From contig NW_021834370.1 in the NCBI RefSeq assembly GCF_006345805.1, positions 14,456 through 78,455 on the forward strand: a stretch of 64,000 bases of DNA, in the 5' to 3' direction. Source of the stretch: Octopus sinensis. Its lineage: Eukaryota. Of this stretch, positions 42,827 through 54,967 are shown piece by piece; position 1 is the stretch's first letter; each line of letters opens with the position of its first letter. The position numbers and the translations under genes are program-made. The notes beneath the pieces were generated by a model. That model was given only the letters and a program-made list of their open reading frames with translations, was not told the origin of the DNA and did no database searches.

Positions 42827-45800
42827 CATACATATCATCTCTTGTGAAAGGTAGAAGAGTCCAGTTTGCTGGACATTGTTGTAGAGCTGAAAACGAGGTA
42901 ATTTCTTCTCTTCTCCTCTGGATGCCATCTGCTCGCGATACCAGAGGACGTACACTCTCCTACCCTGATGTAATCTCCAGGGATACAGGCATCCAGCAAC
43001 AGGACCTCCGTAATGCTATGATGGACCGTGAAGTCTGGCGTAGCATGGTAAATTCCATTGTCTCGACCACGGTCGAACAATGATGATATATATATATATA
43101 TATTGACTGGCCTGGTGCAGCCTTCGGGCTCCCCAGACCCCAGTTAAACCGTCCAACCCATGCTAGCATGGAAAGCGGACGTTAAACGATGATGATGATG
43201 AATATATATATATATTTATATAATACATACATACATATCATCTCTTGTGAAAGGTAAGAGAGTCCAGTTTGCTGGACATTGTTGTAGAGCTGAAAGCAAG
43301 GCAATTTCTACTCTTCTCCTCTGGAAGCCATCTACTCGCAACACCAGAGGGCGCACACTCTCCTACCCTGATGTAATCTCCAGGGATACAGGCATCCAGC
43401 AACAGGACTTCTGTAATGCTATGATGGACCGTGAAGTCTGGCGTAGCATGGTAAATTCCATTGTCTCGACCACGGTCAAACAATGATGATGAATAATAAT
43501 AATGGCTTCAAATTTTGCCACAAGTTGATAGCTTCCGTTACCTAGGTAACCAAGTCAGTAGTGAGGGTGGATGCTCTGAGAGTGTAGCTGCTAGAATAAG
43601 TATAGACTGGGTAAAATTCAGAGAACTCCTACCTCTGCTTAGTGACAAAAGGCCTCTCGCTCAGAGTAAAAGGCAGACTGTATGATCCACATGTACGAAC
43701 AGTCATGCTACATGGCAGTGAAATATGGGCCGTGACTGCTGAGGACATGCGTAAGCTCGCAAGAAATGAAGCCAGTATGCTCCGATGGATGTGTAATGTC
43801 AGTGTGTATACACGACAAAGTGTAAGTGCCCTGAGAGAAAAGTTGGAGTTAAGAAGCATCAGATGTGGTGTGCAAGAGAGACGACTGCGCTGGTATGGTC
43901 ATGTAGTGAGAATGGATGAGGATAGCTGTGTGAAAAAGTGTCTCACCCTACCAGTTGAGGGAACCTGTGGAAGAGGAAGGCCCAGGAAAACCTAGGACGA
44001 GGTGGTGAAGCACAACCTTCAAATGTTGGGCCTCACAGAGGCTATAGCAAGTGACAGAGGCCTTTGGAGATATGCTGTGCTTGAGAAGACCTGGCAAGCT
44101 GAGACCGTAACCGTGGCCTATGCCAGTGCAGCAAAACCAGCCCATTTAAAAGTACCCTTCAATCATTGGGCAATAAACTGCGCTTGTGAGGTCATGTTGA
44201 GTCAACTGAAGTCATTGACGTGGCTGATGACAGTACCACCTGATTGGCATCTATGCCGGTGGCACATAAAAAGATCCATTTGAGCATGGTCGATGCCAGT
44301 ACCGCCTGACTAGCTCCCATGCCAGTGGCATGTAAAAAGCTTCATTCAAGCGTGGTTGATACCTATTTCTTTACTACCCACAAGGGGCTAAACACAGAGG
44401 GGACAAACAAGGACAGACAAAGGGATTAAGTCGATTAGATCGAACCCAATGCCAGCCTCCTCTTGCCTCTGTGCTGGTGGCACATAAAAAGCACCCACTA
44501 CACTCACGGAGTAGTTGACGTTTAGGAAGGGCATCCAGCTGTAGAAACACTGCCAGATCAGACTGGAGTCTGGTGCAGCCTTCTGGCTTCCCAGACCCCG
44601 GTTGAACCGTCCAACCCATGCTAGCATGGAAAGCAGACGTTAAACGATGATGATGATGATGAATGTGAAGGCACATGGCTCAGTGGTTAGATCATCAGAC
44701 TCACAATAATGAGGTAGTGAGTTTGATTCCTGGACTGAGCTGCGTGTTGTGTTCTTGAGCAAGGCACTTTATTTCACGTTGCTCCAGCTCTCTCAGCTGC
44801 AGAAATGAGTTGCAATGTCACAGGTACCAAACTGTATCAGTGTTTGTTTTACCCTTGGATAACATCGGTGGCATGGAGAAGGGAGGCTGGTATGCATGGG
44901 TGACAGATGCTCTTCCATAAACAACCTTGCCCGGACTTGTGTCTCGGAGCGGAACTTCCCATGTGCAACCCTATGGTCAGTCATGACCGAAGGGGGTCAT
45001 TACCCTTTACCCTTCATTTACACATATATAGTATGAGCATCTGCAAATGTATATATGTACTTACACACACGTAAAATGTGTGTATAAATATATACATCTT
45101 CTTTATGACTATATGCAGAGTGTGGTCAATAAATTGTCTAAATTACACAAATTTGAAAATGACACAGATGTATAGATCAAAGTTACATAAATATATCTTG
45201 AAATACTAATGAGTAAATTTATTCAATAAAACCACAATTGGCTCCAACCATGGCCTCAAGATACTCTTCTGGATGGTCTCCTTGTTTAAATGGTGAATGG
45301 TACTATGACTCTTGTCTTCAGTTCATCTTTGGTGTTAGAAAAGGAGTTTTGTTGGTCTCTCGCTCAGCTGGTCTCCACACATTATAATCAAGGAGGTTGC
45401 TGTCTGGGGATTTAGGGGTGATGTGGTTGCAGAAATTGTCTGACACCCATGACTGGGTTCTCCTGCTCGTGTGGCATGGTGCAGACACCTGTTGCCAGAC
45501 ATACGGTCTTCCAGCAGTCACCTTCTTCAGGCACTTGGTGTGGGCTTCCGTGTTGAGTCTGGGCCTATGTAGGAAGATGAATGGAAGAAAAATGTCACCA
45601 TCACTAGTGATCACCCCCAAACACCATGATGTTGACTGGATGTTTAAGATGTATCCTTCTTGGTACCTGTCCTAAGACTGACACCCAAACACTCCGAAAT
45701 ATTCCTATTGGGTCTTCTGCTGTGAATGCCAAGCAATACAGCATGTCGTTTCCAAATTTCTGGCAGAGTGAATTGTATCATGGTACTGTTTTTCTCACAA

Positions 45801-47837
45801 ATGGTGCCCCACTGACCCGACTATTAGGAGCACTCCGTCGGTTACGACGACGAGGGTCCCAGTTGATACGATCAACAGAACAGCTTGCTCGTGGAATTAA
45901 CGTGCAAGTGGCTGAGCACTCCACAGACACGTGTACCCTTAACGTAGTTCTCGAGGAGATTCAGCGTGACACAGAGAGTGACAAGGCCGTCCCCTTGAAA
46001 TACAGGTACAACAGAAACAGGAAGAAAGAGTGAGAGAAAGTTGTGGTGAAAGAGTACAGCAGGGTTCACCACCACCCCCTGCAGGAGCCTCGTGAAGCTT
46101 TTTAGGTGTTTTCGCTCAATAAACACTCACAATGCCCGGTCTGGGAATCGAAACCGCGATCCTACGACCGCGCGTCCGCTGCCCTAACCACTGGGCCATT
46201 GCGCCTCCACTGACCCTACTAGACTGTGTAGATAACATAATCAAAAACAATGAGCATGCACAAAATGAAAAATATAGAATAGCGAGAATTTACCCATCGT
46301 ACTCTGTATATCCATTGTATATACCCTGTGTATATACCCTGTGTTTCACAATCATTTTTTATAATTATTTATATTTATTCTTTATTTTCTCTCTGTCGTT
46401 TGTAGAGTTGGTGAAATCTACCCTGGTTGCATTGCAGCATGCGAACGGGGACCCTGCCAGAATGGTGGACGATGCGTAGAGTTGTGGGGTAGCTACGACT
46501 GCATCTGTGAAAACAAGTGGTCCCATTTGGGCTTTGACTGTGACCAAAGTAATTAAATATTTCAATTTATTTTCTTTTCTGTTTTTTTTTTTTTATGTGT
46601 TGTTCCTTTATCTCCCTCTTGGTTTTCATTTTCGGTTGGCACTGAATGCTTATAGAAATCTAAACTTGGGTTCCGTCATCTTTATCTTCATCATCATCAT
46701 CATCGTCGTCGTCATCATCATGATCACCATCAGCATCATCATTGTCGTCATCTTTGTCATCATTTTCATCATCTTCATCATCATCTTCATCATCATCATC
46801 ATCATAATCAGCCTCATCATCATCATCATCATCTTTATCATCATCATCATCATCGTCATCAGCATCAACATCATCTTCAACATCATCATCTCATCATCAT
46901 CATCATCATCATCTTCTTCATCATCATCATCTTTATCATAATCATGATTGTCGCATGCTGAGGACAGGTCGATACCTAGAAACTTCAGTCCGTACATATC
47001 ACTTAGGTTGATAAGGGAAGGATGATCTCCCTTTGCAAATGCCATAAGGGCACAGAAAGTGTGCCTATAGCCAGCTGGAGATGATGTTCTCCTGGGGCTA
47101 CAAGCTACAGTAACACCCACCCTTAGTGGTTAGTCATATTGAGATGGCAAAAATACCTCACATTGTCGTGAAGTTACTGTTTATATCTCGTTCGGAGATT
47201 TATTATTGCTTGCATACAGTTTTTCAAGATCAGTGATGAAAAGTTACTGGAAAAACGATATAAGGATTTGCATTGGGACCCCTTTCATCGAAAACCGGTG
47301 ATTGTCATACGCTGATGACAGGTCAATACCTAGAAACTGCAGTCCGTGCGTGCCACTTAGGTTGACGAGGGAAGGGTGACCTCCCTTTGCAAATACCATA
47401 AGTGCACAGAAAGTGTGCCTAAAGCCAGCTGGAGACGATGTTCTCCTGGGGCTACAAGCTACAGTAACACCCACCCGTAGTGGTTAGTCATATTGAGATG
47501 GCAAATATACCTCACATTGTCGTGCAGTTACTGTTTATACCTCGTTCAGAGATTTATTATTTCTTTTTTTTTTCTTTTCCAGATATTGACAAGGACACAG
47601 TGACCTTCACAGGGAAAGAGGACTCTTTCCTCTTCTTCGACAAGACACAGCGACCCAGTGTCATGGACGAAACAATCGTGGTCAGTTTCCGCACAAGAAA
47701 GATGGATGCTCTCTTGCTCTATCTCTATGACAACTTTAACAACTTTGTCCAGCTGGAGCTACAGGAAGAGAAGAAAATCATCTTAACTTTTAACTCATTT
47801 TCCGATGTCCGCACTGGCGTACTCGAATATCCAGGTG

Positions 47838-47888
<51 letters not shown>

Positions 47889-50183
47889 GCACACACATGC
47901 TAGTCTATGTTTGTATATATGTATGTATGTGTATATACTAATGTGATTTTTAAGGTGTGATCAAAAATAAATATTTTCTTTGGTGCTCCAGCATGGCCGC
48001 AGTCAAATGACTGAAACAAGTAAAAGAATAAAAGAATAAAAGAAAGAATATTATTGATTATCTCCCCGTTTATTTCTGAGTTCTTTTCTGTCGAAGAGCA
48101 TAGGTTCGAAACATTAAAGACTTTATCATTTCCCGAGCGTTAAACTAATACATCTGTTTGTTGTTTACACTACTTGTCTTCATCTTTTGTTTTTTTGTAA
48201 ATTCTCACTATATACATACATCTTTTGTTTATTTTCGTAAACCTTCCCGTTATATATATATATATATATATAGTCAATAATAAAAGGGTAAAACTAATTA
48301 ATTATTAATTAATAATTTTACCTAGTTGTGTTCAGTATGTAAAAAGACCATTTACGGTATATTTAAAACATTACGTTATATAATTAGGGTTCAGTAAAAT
48401 AATTTACTTTACCACATACCAAACTTTTAGAAATAGCAGCCAAAAAATTTTAGCTATTTCCTCTAGTTACGAGGTATAAACACGCCCAGTGCTTATCAAG
48501 AAGTGGTGAGGTACAAACACAAACAAAAAAAGACACACACACACATCATTACGACCATAATTCATCGTTGTAATCATCATTTAACGCACATTTTCTATGC
48601 TGGCATGAGTTAGACAGTTGGATCAAAGCTGGCGAGCTGAAGAAAGCCGTACCAGGTTCCAGTCAGATTTGGGTTGGTTTCTACAGCTGGATGCCCTTCC
48701 TAGTGCCAACCACTTTACAGCACTTCTGATGTGGCACCATCACTACTGCTTATTAAGTGGAACTTTGGTTTTCGGATCTCAGTTCTCTTGTGGTGGGCGA
48801 GTCTTCTTAAGTGTGGTGGACTGGGTCTTCTCGAGTGTGTGTGTGTGTGGGGGAATCTTCTTGGATGATGGGTGGGGTCTTCTCAAATGTGGTGGGCTGG
48901 GTCTTCTCAGGTGATGGGTGGGGTCTTCTTGAGCGTGGTGGTGAGGGGATCTTCTCGGGTGATGGGTGGGGTCTTCTCAAGTGTGGTGGGCTGGGTCTTC
49001 TTGAGTGTGCTGGGCTGGGTCTTCTCAGGTGATGGGTGGGATCTTCTTGAGTGTGGTGGGCTGAGTCTTCTTGGCTGATAGATGGGGTCTTCTTGAGTGT
49101 GTGTGTGTGTGTGGGGGGGAATCTTCTCGGGTGATGGGTGGGGTCTTCTCAAATGTGTTAGGCTGGGTCTTCTTGAGTGTGCTGGGCTGGGTCTTCTCAG
49201 GTGATGGATGCGATCTTCTTGAGTGTGGTGGGCTGGGTCTTCTTGGCTGATAGATGGGGTCTTCTCAAGTGTGGTGGGTGGGATCTTCTCAAAACAATAT
49301 TGAATTGTATTATCCTTGTTGTATTGTTCACCTTTCTTTCCTTCTTCTCCTTCTTCTTCCAGAAATCCTCAATGATGAAAACTGGCACCAAGTAATTGTG
49401 GAGAAAGTGAATAAAACCTACCGAATCCAGATTGGACAATCCAGTGTGGTGGTTTTCCATCTTCGACTCAAGAAAACAATGGAACCCTTAGAGAAAAAAG
49501 GTGTCTTTTTATAGTTTTTGCTTTCATCGGCAATCACCATCATCATCATCATAATTAATAGAAATAACTATTATTTTTATTATTATTATTATTATTGAGT
49601 GAGAGAGCAGTGCATGCCATCAAAGTGACACGGGTAAAATATACGAAGCCCAGTATACCCATCTTGACTACCCGTCTGATAAGGGTACACAAGGCACATG
49701 CATCACAACCATATGTGCATGACATGGTGATCTCATATCAAGATAAACAGCACATGACCTTGCAGGTGGGGCCCAGTTAGAATTTTCCTCAGGTCGAGTA
49801 GCCCATCTCACTCAAAAGGTCCCTGAATAAGGGTTGTTTAAGGATGTTGAAAGAACCACCCATGTTTCCAGAGGTGAATTATTCAAACCCCAAAGAATCC
49901 CTCTCAACACATGGCTATGATGCTCCCTCACTACTTCTGCTCGTAATCAGAGATGCACATATCGTCAGCCACTAAGGGACATGCTCAACTGGTTACGGTC
50001 AAACAACTGACAAGCAAATCTGTGGTATTGAGCAGAATATTTGCTGTAGCCCATCTTTTATACCAAGACAAAACAATGTACATGATAACACTTCCAATCA
50101 GTTAAGATCAGAAGCCATGAGCGCCACTGCCTGGTACTGCATCAAGGTATTCAACACCACCACCACCACCACTATTATTAATA

Positions 50184-50214
<31 letters not shown>

Positions 50215-50396
50215 TACTTTTTTTTTTTCTTCTTTCAAATTTTCTTCCATTTCTTGCCGAGTGTCTTCCCGACTCCTAGGGCAAAGAAACTCATAGTATA
50301 CATTGGTAGGCCATTAAACCAAACTCAGTAGTTCGTTCATTTTTTTTTTTTTTTTTTTTAAGTTAAATTAAAATACATGAGCAGCAACAGTTCTCA

Positions 50397-50442
<46 letters not shown>

Positions 50443-50616
50443 GCAGTGTACTGGCAGAATCATTAGAATGTTGGATGAAATACTTAGCAGTATTTATTTT
50501 GCCCATGGCTATGTTCTGAGTTCAAATTCCACAAAGGTTGACTTTGCCTTCCATCCTTTTGGGGTTGATAAATTAAGTATATATATATATATATTAAGTA
50601 TATATATATATGTATA

Positions 50617-50687
<71 letters not shown>

Positions 50688-51187
50688 GTATATATATGTA
50701 TATATATGTATATATAGGCGCAGGAGTGGCTGTGTGGTAAGTAGCTTGTCTACCAACCATATGGTTCCGGGTTCAGTCCCACTGCGTGGCACCTTGGGTA
50801 AGTGTCTTCTGCTACAGCCTCGGGCCGACCAAAGCCTTGTGAGTGGATGGATTTGGTAGACGGAAACTGAAAGAAGCCTGTCGTGTATATGTATATATAT
50901 ATGTGTGTGTGTGTGTCTGTGTTTGTCCCCCTAGCATTGCTTGACAACCGATGCTGGTGTGTTTATGTCCCTGTCACTTAGCAGTTCGGCAAAAAGAGAC
51001 CAATAGAATAAGTACTGGGCTTACAAAGAATAAGTCCCAGGGTCGAGTTGCTCGATTAAAGGCGGTGCTCCAGCATGGCCGCAGTCAAATGACTGAAACA
51101 AGTAAAAGAGAGAGAGTATATATAGTATATATATATATATATTAAGTATATATATATATGTATATATATGTGTATATATATATAATA

Positions 51188-51235
<48 letters not shown>

Positions 51236-51876
51236 GTATATATATGTATATATATATGTATATATAGGCGCAGGAGTGGCTGTGTGGTAAGTAGCTGTCT
51301 ACCAACCATATGGTTCCGGGTTCAGTCCCACTGCGTGGCACCTTGGGTAAGTGTCTTCTGCTACAGCCTCGGCCGACCAAAGCCTTGTGAGTGGATTTGG
51401 TAGACGGAAACTGAAAGAAGCCTGTCGTGTATATGTATATATATATGTGTGTGTGTGTGTCTGTGTTTGTCCCCCTAGCATTGCTTGACAACCGATGCTG
51501 GTGTGTTTATGTCCCTGTCACTTAGCAGTTCGGCAAAAAGAGACCAATAGAATAAGTACTGGGCTTACAAAGAATAAGTCCCAGGGTCGAGTTGCTCGAT
51601 TAAAGGCGGTGCTCCAGCATGGCCGCAGTCAAATGACTGAAACAAGTAAAAGAGAGAGAGTATATATATGTATATATATATATATATATATATCACGTGA
51701 CCGACCAGACCATCAGATGTTGTTACACATTGCTGGTCACAATGCGTTCGCTCGAGCCTCGTGGAGCTTTTTAGGTGTTTTCACTCAATAAACACTCACA
51801 ACGCCCGGTCTGGGAATCGAAACCGCGATCCTACGACCGCGAGTCCGCTGCCCTAACCACTGGGCCATTGCGTCTC

Positions 51877-51928
<52 letters not shown>

Positions 51929-52178
51929 CATCATCATCATCATCATCATTTAGCATCCGTTCTCCATGCTAGCATGGGTTGGACGGTTCTACTGGGGTCT
52001 GTGAAGCTGGAAGGCTTCATCAGTCCCAGTCAAATCTGGCAGTGTTTCTACGGCTGGATGCCCTTCCTAACGCCAACCACTCCGTGAGTGTAGGGGTGCT
52101 TTTTACGTGCCACCCGCACTGGTGCCAGACAGAGCTGGCAAACGGCCACGAACGGATGGTGCTTTTTATGTGCCACCG

Positions 52179-52213
<35 letters not shown>

Positions 52214-53048
52214 TGTATACATAGGCACAGGAGTGGCTGTGTGGTAAGTAGCTTGCTAACCAACCACATGATCCCAGGTTCAGTCCCACTGCATGACACC
52301 TTGGGCAAGTGTCTTCTACTATAGCCTCAGGCTGACCAAAGCCTTCTGAGTGGATTTGGTAGACGGAAACTGAAAGAAGCCTGTCATGTATATGTATATA
52401 TATTATATATATATATATATATATGTATATATAGGCGCAGGAGTGGCTGTGTGGTAAGTAGCTTGTCTACCAACCATATGGTTCCGGTTCAGTCCCACTG
52501 CGTGGCACCTTGGGTAAGTGTCTTCTGCTACAGCCTCGGGCCGACCAAAGCCTTGTGAGTGGATTTGGTAGACGGAAACTGAAAGAAGCCTGTCGTGTAT
52601 ATGTATATATATATGTGTGTGTGTGTGTCTGTGTTTGTCCCCCTAGCATTGCTTGACAACCGATGCTGGTGTGTTTATGTCCCTGTCACTTAGCAGTTCG
52701 GCAAAAAGAGACCAATAGAATAAGTACTGGGCTTACAAAGAATAAGTCCCAGGGTCGAGTTGCTCGATTAAAGGCGGTGCTCCAGCATGGCCGCAGTCAA
52801 ATGACTGAAACAAGTAAAAGAGAGAGAGTATATATATGTATATATATATGTATATATATATATATCACGTGACCGACCAGACCATCAGATGTTGTTACAC
52901 ATTGCTGGTCACAATGCGTTCGCTCGAGCCTCGTGGAGCTTTTTAGGTGTTTTCACTCAATAAACACTCACAACGCCCGGTCTGGGAATCGAAACCGCGA
53001 TCCTACGACCGCGAGTCCGCTGCCCTAACCACTGGGCCATTGCGTCTC

Positions 53049-53099
<51 letters not shown>

Positions 53100-53348
53100 T
53101 CATCATCATCATCATCATTTAGCATCCGTTCTCCATGCTAGCATGGGTTGGACGGTTCTACTGGGGTCTGTGAAGCTGGAAGGCTTCATCAGTCCCAGTC
53201 AAATCTGGCAGTGTTTCTACGGCTGGATGCCCTTCCTAACGCCAACCACTCCGTGAGTGTAGTGGGTGCTTTTTACGTGCCACCCGCACTGGTGCCAGAC
53301 AGAGCTGGCAAACGGCCACGAACGGATGGTGCTTTTTATGTGCCACCG

Positions 53349-53383
<35 letters not shown>

Positions 53384-54177
53384 TGTATACATAGGCACAG
53401 GAGTGGCTGTGTGGTAAGTAGCTTGCTAACCAACCACATGATCCCAGGTTCAGTCCCACTGCATGACACCTTGGGCAAGTGTCTTCTACTATAGCCTCAG
53501 GCTGACCAAAGCCTTCTGAGTGGATTTGGTAGACGGAAACTGAAAGAAGCCTGTCATGTATATGTATATATATATATGTGGGTGGTGGGTGGGGGTCTTT
53601 TTTTGTCCCCTCCACCATCATTTGACAACTGATGTTGGTGTGTCCACCTCCCCATAACTTAGTGGTTTGGCAAAAGTGACTGATAGAATAAGTACTCGGC
53701 TTACAAAGAATAAGTTCTGGGGTCGATTTGTTTGACTAAAAAGTGTTGCTGCAGCATGGCCGCAGTCAAATGACTGAAACAAGTAAAAGCATAAAAGACT
53801 ATATATATATGTATGAATATATTGTATATATGTGTGTGTGTATTTATATATATATATATATAATAATAATATTTTTTTCATAGTTATATATATTTAATAA
53901 TTTAAAAAAATAAACAAAATAAAATTTTAAAAATAATAAAATAAAAAAAATTATAAATATAATTAATAATTTTAATTTTAAATTTAAATAATTTTAATTT
54001 TTAAATTTTATATTTTATATATTTTCTATATTATATTAATTATTTTTATTTTTATGTTTTGGTCTATGTTTTTCACTGTTGATTTGCCTAATAGTGGTTT
54101 TATCTCTAATTAAATTTATATATATATATATATACATATATATATAATATATATATATATACATACATATATATATA

Positions 54178-54219
<42 letters not shown>

Positions 54220-54256
54220 ATATATATATATATAATATATATATATAATATATATA

Positions 54257-54305
<49 letters not shown>

Positions 54306-54312
54306 CATATAT

Positions 54313-54397
<85 letters not shown>

Positions 54398-54934
54398 TAT
54401 ATACGCACACATATACACATACACGTGACTGTCTATCTATAAGTGCCACACCCCTTACACCCGACCATTTTCCATTTCAGTATCTGTGGTGCCGCCAACA
54501 CCAAACCCTTCAAAGAAGTTCGTTCACCTGTATGTGGGTGGGGTGCCATTTCCTGACACCCAAGTGCCCAACTTGGCCGGTTGTATTCGGGGACTGAAGA
54601 TTGGCAGAGATGTCTTCTACCTGAGGAAGGCCAGCCGCAATAAAGCAAGTGAGTGATTATTATTTTTTTTTTTGTTGTCATAGTTACCACCATCATGTGA
54701 CCTAACCTTGTCCACCCTGCCACCCTGTTGGTGACACGTAAAAGGTGACCCATGCTGGCGACATGGGAATGACACTCACCACACTCTCAGAGTGATTGGC
54801 ATATTAGGAAAGGCATGCAGCTGTTGAAACTAAGCCAAAATCAGCCTTGAACCTGATGCAGCTCTTCAGCTTACCAGCCCCAGGAAAACCTTCTAACCCA
54901 TGCCAGCATGGAAAGCAGACGCTAAATGATGATG

Positions 54935-54967
<33 letters not shown>

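Noticed and set aside
45626-46033. 135-aa ORF
   Set aside because: Runs through unique sequence into an antisense SINE B; no recognisable domain
49501-54480. A missing exon between exons 17 and 18
   Set aside because: Phases match directly, the joined peptide is plausible, and no additional candidate exon was found among the repeats
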